From Eledone cirrhosa (lineage: Eukaryota): 64,000 nucleotides of DNA. The DNA is taken from assembly GCA_964016885.1 (NCBI GenBank), contig OZ024740.1, positions 279,682,001 to 279,746,000 of the forward strand, in the 5' to 3' direction. The translations under genes were made by a program, and so were the position numbers. The notes beneath the pieces were generated by a model. That model saw only the letters and a list, made by a program, of their open reading frames with translations. It did not search any database and was not told the origin of the DNA. Positions 24,223 through 36,670 of this stretch are shown here, piece by piece. How positions within the stretch are numbered: the stretch's first letter is position 1; each line of letters opens with the position of its first letter.

Positions 24223-27200
24223 GGAAGCTGAAGTCCACCAGCGAATGGTGTGCTTCGAAGAAACGAATCACAAAAATGCGAATTTGCCGGCGGAGTTACC
24301 TTTTCGATCGTGGGCCGGCCGCCCGTGGTAGGATCGATCTGTAATTACTGGTACATGTGCAGACACTCATTGGCTGTGTGTGGTGTGATTTTCAAGAAAA
24401 GCTGCCCATGCTAAATGCGGAAGCTGAAGTCCGGCGGCGAATGGTGTGCTTCGAAGAAAACGAATCACAAAAATGACTATTTGCCGGCGGAGTTACCTTT
24501 TCGATGGTGGGCCGGCCGCCCGTGGTCGGATCGATCTGTAATTACTGTTCTATGTGCAGACATTCATTGGCTTGTTGTGGTGTGATTTTCATGAAAAGCT
24601 TCCCATGCTAAATGAGGAAGCTGAAGTCCGGAGGCGAATGGTGTGCTTCGAAGAAACGAATCACAAAAATGCGAATTTGCCTGCGGAGTTATTTTTTCGA
24701 TCGTGGGCCGGCCGCCCGTGGTCGGATCGATCTGTAATTACTGGTCCATGTGCAGACACACATTTGCTGTGTGTGGTGTGATTTTCAAAAAAAGCTGCCC
24801 ATGCTAAATGCGGAAGCTGAAGTCCACCAGCGAATGGTGTGCTTCGAAGAAACGAATCACAAAAATGCGAATTTGCCGGCGGAGTTACCTTTTCGATCGT
24901 CGGCCGGCCGCCTATGGTCGGATCGATCTGTAATTACTGGTCCATATGCAGACACACGTTTGCTGTGTGTGGTGTAATTTTCAAGAAAAGCTGCCCATGC
25001 TAAATGAGGAAGCTGAAGTCCGGCGGCGAATTGTGTGCTTCGAAGAAAACGAATCACAAAAATGACTATTTGCCGGCGGAGTTACATTTTTCTCGATCTT
25101 GGGCCGGCCGCCCGTGGTCGGATCGATCTGTAATTACTGGTATATGTGCAGACACTCATTGGCTGTGTGTGGTGTGATTTTCAAGAAAAGCTTCCCATGC
25201 TAAATGAGGAAGCTGAAGTCCACCAGCGAATGGTGTGCTTCGAAGAAACGAATCACAAAAATGCGAAATGCCGGCGGAGTTACCTTTTCGATCGTGGGCC
25301 GGCCGACCGTGGTAGGATCGATCTGTAATTACTGGTACATGTGCAGACAGTCATTGGCTGTGTGTGGTGTGATTTTCAAGAAAAGCTGCCCATGCTAAAT
25401 GCGGAAGCTGAAGTCCGGCGGCGAATGGTGTGCTTCGAAGAAAACGAATCACAAAAATGACTATTTGCCGGCGGAGTTACCTTTTCGATGGTGGGCCGGC
25501 CGCCCGTGGTCGGATCGATCTGTAATTACTGTTCTATGTGCAGACACTCATTGGCTGTGTGTGGTGTGATTTTCAAGAAAAGCTGCCCATGCTAAATGCG
25601 GAAGCTAAAGTCCACCAGCGAATGGTGTGCTTCGAAGAAACGAATCACAAAAATGCGAATTTGCTGGCGGAGTTACCTTTTCGATCGTGGGCCGGCCGCC
25701 TATGGTCGGATCGATCTGTAATTACTGGTCCATATGCAGAGACACGTTTACTGTGTGTGGTGTGATTTTCAAGAAAAGCTGCCCATGCTAAATGCGGAAG
25801 CTGAAGTCCACCAGCGAATGGTGTGCTTCGAAGAAACGAATCACAAAAATGCGAATTTGCCGGCGGAGTTACCTTTTTCTCGATCGTGGGCCGGCCGCCC
25901 GTGGTCGCATCGATCTGTACTTACTGGGACTTGTGTAGACACTCATTGGCTATGTGTGGCGTGAATTTCAGCAAGATATCTCCGTAAAATCAATAGTTGT
26001 GGCTGTGTAACCAAACCGTGTTAAACGTCAACAAAGTTGTTGAGCGTAAGTTTGTTTACATTGAACTCGTGGTGGAATCGATCTGTAATTACTGGTACAT
26101 GTGCAGACACACATTGGTCGTGTGTGGTGTGATTTTCAAAAAAAACTGCCCATGCTAAATTAGGCAGCTGAAGTCTAGCAGCGAATGGTGTGCTTCGAAG
26201 AAAACGAATCACAAAAATGACGATTTGCCGGCGGAGTTACATTTTCGATCGTGGGCCGGCCGTCCGTGGTCGGATCGATCTGTAATTACTGGTCCATATG
26301 CAGACACACGTTTGCTGTGTGTGGTGTGATTTTCAAGAAAAGCTGCCCATGCTAAATGAGGAAGCTGAAGTCCACCAGCGAATGGTGTGCTTCGAAGAAA
26401 CGAATCACAAAAATGCGAATTTGCCGGCGGAGTTACCTTTTCGATCGTCGGCCGGCCGCCTATGGTCGGATCGATCTGTAATTACTGGTCCATATGCAGA
26501 CACACGTTTGCTGTGTGTGGTGTAATTTTCAAGAAAAGTTGCCCATGCTAAATGAGGAAGCTGAAGTCCACCAGCGAATGGTGTGCTTCGAAGAAACGAA
26601 TCACAAAAATGCGAATTTGCCGGCGGAGTTACCTTTTCGATTGTGGGCCGGCCGCCCGTGGTCGGATCGATCTGTAATTACTGGTATATGTGAAGACATA
26701 CATTTGCTGTGTGTGGTGTGATTTTCAAGAAAGACTGCCCATGCTAAATGAGGAAGCTGAAGTCCGGCGGCGAATTGTGTGCTTCGAAGAAAACGAATCA
26801 CAAAAATGACTATTTGCCGGCGGAGTTACATTTTTCTCGATCTTGGGCCGGCCGCCCATGGTCGGATCGATCTGTAATTACTGGTATATGTGCAGACACT
26901 CATTGGCTGTGTGTGGTGTGATTTTCAAGAAAAGCTTCCCATGCTAAATGAGGAAGCTGAAGTCCACCAGCGAATGGTGTGCTTCGAAGAAACGAATCAC
27001 AAAAATGCGAAATGCCGGCGGAGTTACCTTTTCGATCGTGGGCCGGCCGCCCGTGGTAGGATCGATCTGTAATTACTGGTACATGTGCAGACAGTCATTG
27101 GCTGTGTGTGGTGTGATTTTCAAGAAAAGCTGCCCATGCTAAATGCGGAAGCTGAAGTCCGGCGGCGAATGGTGTGCTTCGAAGAAAACGAATCACAAAA

Positions 27201-30200
27201 ATGACTATTTGCCGGCGGAGTTACCTTTTCGATGGTGGGCCGGCCGCCCGTGGTCGGATCGATCTGTAATTACTGTTCTATGTGCAGACACTCATTGGCT
27301 GTGTGTGGTGTGATTTTCAAGAAAAGCTGCCCATGCTAAATGCGGAAACTGAAGTCCACCAGCGAATGGTGTGCTTCGAAGAAACGAATCACAAAAATGC
27401 GAATTTGCCGGCGGAGTTACCTTTTCGATCGTGGGCCGGCCGCCCGTGGTCGGATCGATCTGTACTTACTGGTATATGTGCAAACACTCATTGGCTGTGT
27501 GTGGTGTGATTTTCAAGAAAAGCCGCCCATGCTAAATGAGGCAGCTGAAGTCCACCAGCGAATGGTGTGCTTCGAAGAAACGAATCACAAAAATGCGAAT
27601 TTGCCGGCGGAGTTACCTTTTCGATCGTCGGCCGGCCGCCTATGGTCAGATCGATCTGTAATTAGTGGTCCCTGTGCAGACACACATTTGCTGTGTGTGG
27701 TGTGATTTTCAAGAAAAACTGCCCATGCTAAATGAGGAAGCTGAAGTCCGGCGGCGAATGGTGTGCTTCGAAGAAACGAATCACAAAAATGCGAATTTGC
27801 CTGCGGAGTTATTTTTTCGATCGTGGGCCGGCCGCCCGTGGTCGGATCGATCTGTAATTACTGGTCCATGTGCAGACACACATTTGCTGTGTGTGGTGTG
27901 ATTTTCAAAAAAAGCTGCCCATGCTAAATGCGGAAGCTGAAGTCCACCAGCGAATGGTGTGCTTCGAAGAAACGAATCACAAAAATGCGAATTTGCCGGC
28001 GGAGTTACCATTTTCTCGATCGTGGGCCGGCCGCCCGTGGTCGCATCGATCTGTACTTACTGGGACTTGTGTAGACACTCATTGGCTATGTGTGGCGTGA
28101 ATTTCAGCAAGATATCTCCGTAAAATCAATAGTTGTGGCTGTGTAACCAAACCGTGTTAAACGTCAACAAAGTTGTTGAGCGTAAGTTTGTTTACATTGA
28201 ACTCGTGGTGGAATCGATCTGTAATTACTGGTACATGTGCAGACACACATTGGTCGTGTGTGGTGTGATTTTCAAAAAAAACTGCCCATGCTAAATTAGG
28301 CAGCTGAAGTCTAGCAGCGAATGGTGTGCTTCGAAGAAAACGAATCACAAAAATGACGATTTGCCGGCGGAGTTACATTTTCGATCGTGGGCCGGCCGTC
28401 CGTGGTCGGATCGATCTGTAATTACTGGTCCATATGCAGACACACGTTTGCTGTGTGTGGTGTGATTTTCAAGAAAAGCTGCCCATGCTAAATGAGGAAG
28501 CTGAAGTCCACCAGCGAATGGTGTGCTTCGAAGAAACGAATCACAAAAATGCGAATTTGCCGGCGGAGTTACCTTTTCGATCGTCGGCCGGCCGCCTATG
28601 GTCGGATCGATCTGTAATTACTGGTCCATATGCAGACACACGTTTGCTGTGTGTGGTGTAATTTTCAAGAAAAGCTGCCCATGCTAAATGAGGAAGCTGA
28701 AGTCCACCAGCGAATGGTGTGCTTCGAAGAAACGAATCACAAAAATGCGAATTTGCCGGCGGAGTTACCTTTTCGATTGTGGGCCGGCCGCCCGTGGTCG
28801 GATCGATCTGTAATTACTGGTATATGTGAAGACATACATTTGCTGTGTGTGGTGTGATTTTCAAGAAAGACTGCCCATGCTAAATGAGGAAGCTGAAGTC
28901 CGGCGGCGAATTGTGTGCTTCGAAGAAAACGAATCACAAAAATGACTATTTGCCGGCGGAGTTACATTTTTCTCGATCTTGGGCCGGCCGCCCATGGTCG
29001 GATCGATCTGTAATTACTGGTATATGTGCAGACACTCATTGGCTGTGTGTGGTGTGATTTTCAAGAAAAGCTTCCCATGCTAAATGAGGAAGCTGAAGTC
29101 CACCAGCGAATGGTGTGCTTCGAAGAAACGAATCACAAAAATGCGAAATGCCGGCGGAGTTACCTTTTCGATCGTGGGCCGGCCGCCCGTGGTAGGATCG
29201 ATCTGTAATTACTGGTACATGTGCAGACAGTCATTGGCTGTGTGTGGTGTGATTTTCAAGAAACGCTGCCCATGCTAAATGCGGAAGCTGAAGTCCGGCG
29301 GCGAATGGTGTGCTTCGAAGAAAACGAATCACAAAAATGACTATTTGCCGGCGGAGTTACCTTTTCGATGGTGGGCCGGCCGCCCGTGGTCGGATCGATC
29401 TGTAATTACTGTTCTATGTGCAGACACTCATTGGCTGTGTGTGGTGTGATTTTCAAGAAAAGCTGCCCATGCTAAATGCGGAAGCTGAAGTCCACCAGCG
29501 AATGGTGTGCTTCGAAGAAACGAATCACAAAAATGCGAATTTGCCGGCGGAGTTACCTTTTCGATCGTGGGCCGGCCGCCCGTGGTCGGATCGATCTGTA
29601 CTTACTGGTATATGTGCAGACACTCATTGGCTGTGTGTGGTGTGATTTTCAAGAAGAGCCGCCCATGCTAAATGAGGCAGCTGAAGTCCACCAGCGAATG
29701 GTGTGCTTCGAAGAAACGAATCACAAAAATGCGAATTTGCCGGCGGAGTTACCTTTTCGATCGTCGGCCGGCCGCCTATGGTCGGATCGATCTGTAATTA
29801 CTGGTCCATATGCAGACACACGTTTGCTGTGTGTGGTGTAATTTTCAAGAAAAGCTGCCCATGCTAAATGAGGAAGCTGAAGTCCACCAGCGAATGGTGT
29901 GCTTCGAAGAAACGAATCACAAAAATGCGAATTTGCCGGCGGAGTTACCTTTTCGATTGTGGGCCGGCCGCCCGTGGTCGGATCGATCTGTAATTACTGG
30001 TATATGTGCAGACATACATTTGCTGTGTGTGGTGTGATTTTCAAGAAAGACTGCCCATGCTAAATGAGGAAGCTGAAGTCCGGCGGCGAATTGTGTGCTT
30101 CGAAGAAAACGAATCACAAAAATGACTATTTGCCGGCGGAGTTACATTTTTCTCGATCTTGGGCCGGCCGCCCGTGGTCGGATCGATCTGTAATTACTGG

Positions 30201-33200
30201 TATATGTGCAGACACTCATTGGCTGTGTGTGGTGTGATTTTCAAGAAAAGCTTCCCATGCTAAATGAGGAAGCTGAAGTCCACCAGCGAATGGTGTGCTT
30301 CGAAGAAACGAATCACAAAAATGCGAAATGCCGGCGGAGTTACCTTTTCGATCGTGGGCCGGCCGCCCGTGGTAGGATCGATCTGTAATTACTGGTACAT
30401 GTGCAGACAGTCATTGGCTGTGTGTGGTGTGATTTTCAAGAAAAGCTGCCCATGCTAAATGCGGAAGCTGAAGTCCGGCGGCGAATGGTGTGCTTCGAAG
30501 AAAACGAATCACAAAAATGACTATTTGCCGGCGGAGTTACCTTTTCGATGGTGGGCCGGCCGCCCGTGGTCGGATCGATCTGTAATTACTGTTCTATGTG
30601 CAGACACTCATTGGCTGCGTGTGGTGTGATTTTCAAGAAAAGCTGCCCATGCTAAATGCGGAAGCTGAAGTCCACCAGCGAATGGTGTGCTTCGAAGAAA
30701 CGAATCACAAAAATGCGAATTTGCCGGCGGAGTTACCTTTTCGATCGTGGGCCGGCCGCCCGTGGTCGGATCGATCTGTACTTACTGGTATATGTGCAGA
30801 CACTCATTGGCTGTGTGTGGTGTGATTTTCAAGAAAAGCCGCCCATGCTAAATGAGGCAGCTGAAGTCCACCAGCGAATGGTGTGCTTCGAAGAAACGAA
30901 TCACAAAAATGCGAATTTGCCTGCGGAGTTACCTTTTCGATCGTGGGCCGGCCGCCTATGGTTGGATCGATCTGTAATTACTGGTCCATATGCAAACACA
31001 CGTTTGCTGTGTGTGGTGTGATTTTCAAGAAAAGCTGCCCATGCTAAATGAGAAAGCTGAAGTCCACCAGCGAATGGTGTGCTTCGAAGAAACGAATCAC
31101 AAAAATGCGAATTTGCCGGCGGAGTTACCTTTTCGATGGTGGGCCGGCCGCCCGTGGTCGGATCGATCTGTACTTACTGGTATATGTGCAGACACTCACT
31201 GGCTGTGTGTGGTGTGATTTTCAAGAAAAGCTGCCCATGCTAAATGAGGCAGCTGAAGTCCACCAACGAATGGTGTGCTTCGAAGAAACGAATCACAAAA
31301 ATGCGAATTTGCCGGCGGAGTTACCTTATCGATCGTGGGCCGGCCGCCCGTGGTCGGATCGATCTGTACTTACTGGTATATGTGCAGACACGCATTGGCT
31401 GTGTGTGGTGTGATTTTCAAGAAAGGCTGCCCATGCTAAATGAGGCAGCTGAAGTCCACCAGCGAATGGTGTGCTTCGAAGAAACGAATCACAAAAATGC
31501 GAATTTGCCGGCGGAGTTACCTTTTCGATCGTGGGCCGTCCGCCCGTGGTCGGATCGATCTGTAATTAGTGGTACCTGTGCAGACCTACATTTGCTGTGT
31601 GTGGTGTGATTTTCAAGAAAAGCTGCCCATGCTAAATGAGGAAGCTGAAGTCCGGCGGCGAATGGTGTGCTTCGAAGAAAACGAATCACAAAAATGCGAA
31701 TTTGCCGGCGGAGTTACCTTTTCGATCCTGGGCCGGCCGCCCGTGGTCGGATCGATCTGTACTTACTGGTATATGTGCAGACACTCATTGGCTGTGTGTG
31801 GTGTCATTTTCAAGAAAAGCTGCCCATGCTAAATGACGAAGCTGAAGTCCACCATCGAATGGTGTGCTTCGAAGAAACGAATCACAAAAATGCGAATTTG
31901 TCGGCGGAGTTACATTTTTCTCGATCGTGGGCCGGCCGCCCGTGGTCGGATCGATCTGTACTTACTGGGACTTGTGCAGACATTCATTGGCTATGTGTGG
32001 CGTGAATTTCAGCAAGATATCTCCGTAAAATCAATAGTTGTGGCTGTGTAACCAAACCGTGTTAAACGTCAACAAAGTTGTTGAGCGTAAGTTTGTTTAC
32101 ATTGAACTCGTGGTGGGATCGATCTGTAATTACTGGTACATGTGCAGAAACACATTGGTTGTGTGTGGTGTAATTTTCAAAAAGAACTGCCCATGCTAAA
32201 TGAGGCAACTGATGTCCGGCGGCGAATGGTGTGCTTCGAAGAAAAGGAATCACAAAAATGACGATTTGCCGGCGGAGTTACCTTTTCGATCGTGGGCCGG
32301 CCGCCCGTGGTCGGATCGATCTGTAGTTACTGGTATATGTGCAGACACTCATTGGCTGTGTGTGGTGTGACTTTCAAGAAAAGCTGCCCATGCTAAATGC
32401 GGAAGCTGAAGTCCACCAGCGAATGGTGTGCTTCGAAGAAACGAATCACAAAAATGCGAATTTGCCGGCGGAGTTACCTTTTCGATCGTGGGCCGGCCGC
32501 CCTTGGTCGGATCGATCTGTAGTTACTGGTATATGTGCAGACACTCATTGGCTGTGTGTGGTGTGACTTTCAAGAAAAGCTGCCCATGCTAAATGAGGAA
32601 GCTGAAGTCCACCAGCGAATTGTGTGCTTCGAAGAAACGAATCACAAAAATGCGAATTTGCCGGCGGAGTTACCTTTTCGATCGTGGGCCGGCCGCCTAT
32701 GGTCGGATCGATCTGTAATTACTGGTCCATGTGCAGACACACATTTGCTGTGTGTGGTGTGATTTTCAAAAAAAGCTGCCCATGCTAAATGCGGAAGCTG
32801 AAGTCCACCAGCGAATGGTGTGCTTCGAAGAAACGAATCACAAAAATGCGAATTTGCCGGCGGAGTTACCTTTTTCTCGATCGTGGGCCGGCCGCCCGTG
32901 GTCGCATCGATCTGTACTTACTGGGACTTGTGTAGACACTCATTGGCTATGTGTGGCGTGAATTTCAGCAAGATATCTCCGTAAAATCAATAGTTGTGGC
33001 TGTGTAACCAAACCGTGTTAAACGTCAACAAAGTTGTTGAGCGTAAGTTTGTTTACATTGAACTCGTGGTGGAATCGATCTGTAATTACTGGTACATGTG
33101 CAGACACACATTGGTCGTGTGTGGTGTGATTTTCAAAAAAAACTGCCCATGCTAAATTAGGCAGCTGAAGTCTACCAGCGAATGGTGTGCTTCGAAGAAA

Positions 33201-36200
33201 ACGAATCACAAAAATGACGATTTGCCGGCGGAGTTACATTTTCGATTGTGGGCCGGCCGTCCGTGGTCGGATCGATCTGTAATTACTGATACCTATGCAG
33301 ACATACATTTACTGTGTGTGGTGTGATTTTCAAGAAAAGCTGCCCATGATAAATGAGGAAGCTGAAGTCCGGCGGCGAATGGTGTGCTTCGAAGAAAACG
33401 AATCACAAAAATGACTATTTGCCGGCGGAGTTACCTTTTCGATCGTGGGCCGGCCACCCGTGGTCGGATCGATCTGTAATTACTGGTCCATATGCAGACA
33501 CACGTTTGCTGTGTGTGGTGTGATTTTCAAGAAAAGCTGCCCATGCTAAATGAGGAAGCTGAAGTCCACCAGCGAATGGTGTGCTTCGAAGAAACGAATC
33601 ACAAAAATGCGAATTTGCCGGCGGAGTTACCTTTTCGATCGTCGGCCGGCCGCCTATGGTCGGATCGATCTGTAATTACTGGTCCATATGCAGACACACG
33701 TTTGCTGTGTGTGGTGTGATTTTCAAGAAAAGCTGCCCATGCTAAATGAGGAAGCTGAAGTCCACCAGCGAATGGTGTGCTTCGAAGAAACGAATCATAA
33801 AAATGCGAATTTGCCGGCGGAGTTACCTTTTCGATTGTGGGCCGGCCGCCCGTGGTCGGATCGATCTGTAATTACTGGTATATGTGCAGACATACATTTG
33901 CTGTGTGTGGTGTGATTTTCAAGAAAGACTGCCCATGCTAAATGAGGAAGCTGAAGTCCGGCGGCGAATTGTGTGCTTCGAAGAAAACGAATCACAAAAA
34001 TGACTATTTGCCGGCGGAGTTACATTTTTCTCGATCTTGGGCCGGCCGCCCGTGGTCGGATCGATCTGTAATTACTGGTATATGTGCAGACACTCATTGG
34101 CTGTGTGTGGTGTGATTTTCAAGAAAAGCTTCCCATGCTAAATGAGGAAGCTGAAGTCCACCAGCGAATGGTGTGCTTCGAAGAAACGAATCACAAAAAT
34201 GCGAATTTGCCGACGGAGTTACCTTTTCGATCGTGGGCCGGCCGCCCGTGGTAGGATCGATCTGTAATTACTGGTACATGTGCAGACACTCATTGGCTGT
34301 GTGTGGTGTGATTTTCAAGAAAAGCTGCCTATGCTAAATGCGGAAGCTGAAGTCCGGCGGCGAATGGTGTGCTTCGAAGAAAACGAATCACAAAAATGAC
34401 TATTTGCCGGCGGAGTTACCTTTTCGATGGTGGGCCGGCCGCCCGTGGTCGGATCGATCTGTAATTACTGGTATATGTGCAGACGCTCATTGGCTGTGTG
34501 TGGTGTGATTTTCAAGAAAAGCTTCCCATGCTAAATGAGGAAGCTGAAGTCCACCAGCGAATGGTGTGCTTCGAAGAAACGAATCACAAAAATGCGAATT
34601 TGCCGGTGGAGTTACCTTTTCGATCGTGGGCCGGCCGCCCGTGGTCGGATCGATCTGTACTTACTGGTATATGTGCAGACACTCATTGGCTGTGTGTGGT
34701 GTGATTTTCCAGAAAAGCCGCCCATGCTAAATGAGGCAGCTGAAGTCCACCAGCGAATGGTGTGCTTCGAAGAAACGAATCACAAAAATGCGAATTTGCC
34801 GGCGGAGTTACCTTTTCGATCGTGGGCCGGCCGCCTATGGTCGGATCGATCTGTAATTACTGGTCCATATGCAGACACACGTTTGCTGTGTGTGGTGTGA
34901 TTTTCAAGAAAAGCTGCCCATGCTAAATGAGGCAGCTGAAGTCCACCAGCGAATGGTGTGCTTCGAAGAAACGAATCACAAAAATGCGAATTTGCCTGCG
35001 GAGTTACCTTTTCGATCGTGGGCCGGCCGCCTATGGTTGGATCGATCTGTAATTACTGGTCCATATGCAGACACACGTTTGCTGTGTGTGGTGTGATTTT
35101 CAAGAAAAGCTGCCCATGCTAAATGAGGCAGCTGAAGTCCACCAGCGAATGGTGTGCTTCGAAGAAACGAATCACAAAAATGCGAATTTGCCGGCGGAGT
35201 TACCTTATCGATCGTGGGCCGGCCGCCCGTGGTCGGATCGATCTGTACTTACTGGTATATGTGCAGACACGCATTGGCTGTGTGTGGTGTGATTTTCAAG
35301 AAAGGCTGCCCATGCTAAATGAGGCAGCTGAAGTCCACCAGCGAATGGTGTGCTTCGAAGAAACGAATCACAAAAATGCGAATTTGCCGGCGGAGTTACC
35401 TTTTCGATCGTGGGCCGGCCGCCCGTGGTCGGATCGATCTGTAATTAGTGGTACCTGTGCAGACCTACATTTGCTGTGTGTGGTGTGATTTTCAAGAAAA
35501 GCTGCCCATGCTAAATGACGAAGCTGAAGTCCACCATCGAATGGTGTGCTTCGAAGAAACGAATCACAAAAATGCGAATTTGTCGGCGGAGTTACATTTT
35601 TCTCGATCGTGGGCCGGCCGCCCGTGGTCGGATCGATCTGTACTTACTGGGACTTGTGCAGACATTCATTGACTATGTGTGGCGTGAATTTCAGCAAGAT
35701 ATCTCCGTAAAATCAATAGTTGTGGCTGTGTAACCAAACCGTGTTAAACGTCAACAAAGTTGTTGAGCGTAAGTTTGTTTACATTGAACTCGTGGTGGGA
35801 TCGATCTGTAATTACTGGTACATGTGCAGAAACACATTGGTTGTGTGTGGTGTGATTTTCAAAAAGAACTGCCCATGCTAAATGAGGCAACTGATGTCCG
35901 GCGGCGAATGGTGTGCTTCGAAGAAAACGAATCACAAAAATGACGATTTGCCGGCGGAGTTACCTTTTCGATCGTGGGCCGGCCGCCCGTGGTCGGATCG
36001 ATCTGTAGTTACTGGTATATGTGCAGACACTCATTGGCTGTGTGTGGTGTGACTTTCAAGAAAAGCTGCCCATGCTAAATGCGGAAGCTGAAGTCCACCA
36101 GCGAATGGTGTGCTTCGAAGAAACGAATCACAAAAATGCGAATTTGCCGGCGGAGTTACCTTTTCGATCGTGGGCCGGCCGCCCGTGGTCGGATCGATCT

Positions 36201-36670
36201 GTAGTTACTGGTATATGTGCAGACACTCATTGGCTGTGTGTGGTGTGACTTTCAAGAAAAGCTGCCCATGTTAAATGAGGAAGCTGAAGTCCGGCGGTGA
36301 ATGGTGTGCTTCGAAGAAACGAATCACAAAAATGCGAATTTGCCTGCGGAGTTATCTTTTCGATCGTGGGCCGGCCGCCCGTGGTCGGATCGATCTGTAA
36401 TTACTGGTATATGTGCAGACCATCATTGGCTGTGTGTGGTGTGATTTTCAAGAAAAGCTGCCCATGCTAAATGAGGAAGCTGAAGTCCACCAGCGAATGG
36501 TGTGCTTCGAAGAAACGAATCACAAAAATGCGAATTTGCCGGCGGAGTTACCTTTTCGATCGTGGGCCGGCCGCCTATGGTCGGATCGATCTGTAATTAC
36601 TGGTCCATGTGCAGACACACATTTGCTGTGTGTGGTGTGATTTTCAAAAAAAGCTGCCCATGCTAAATGC
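24223..36670. repeat. 12,448-bp (64-monomer) tandem duplication, copy 1
   Basis: ORFs and variants from 24554 to 36413 recur at exactly +12448 (e.g. 24554/37002, 31667/44115, 36413/48861). Confidence 0.93.
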
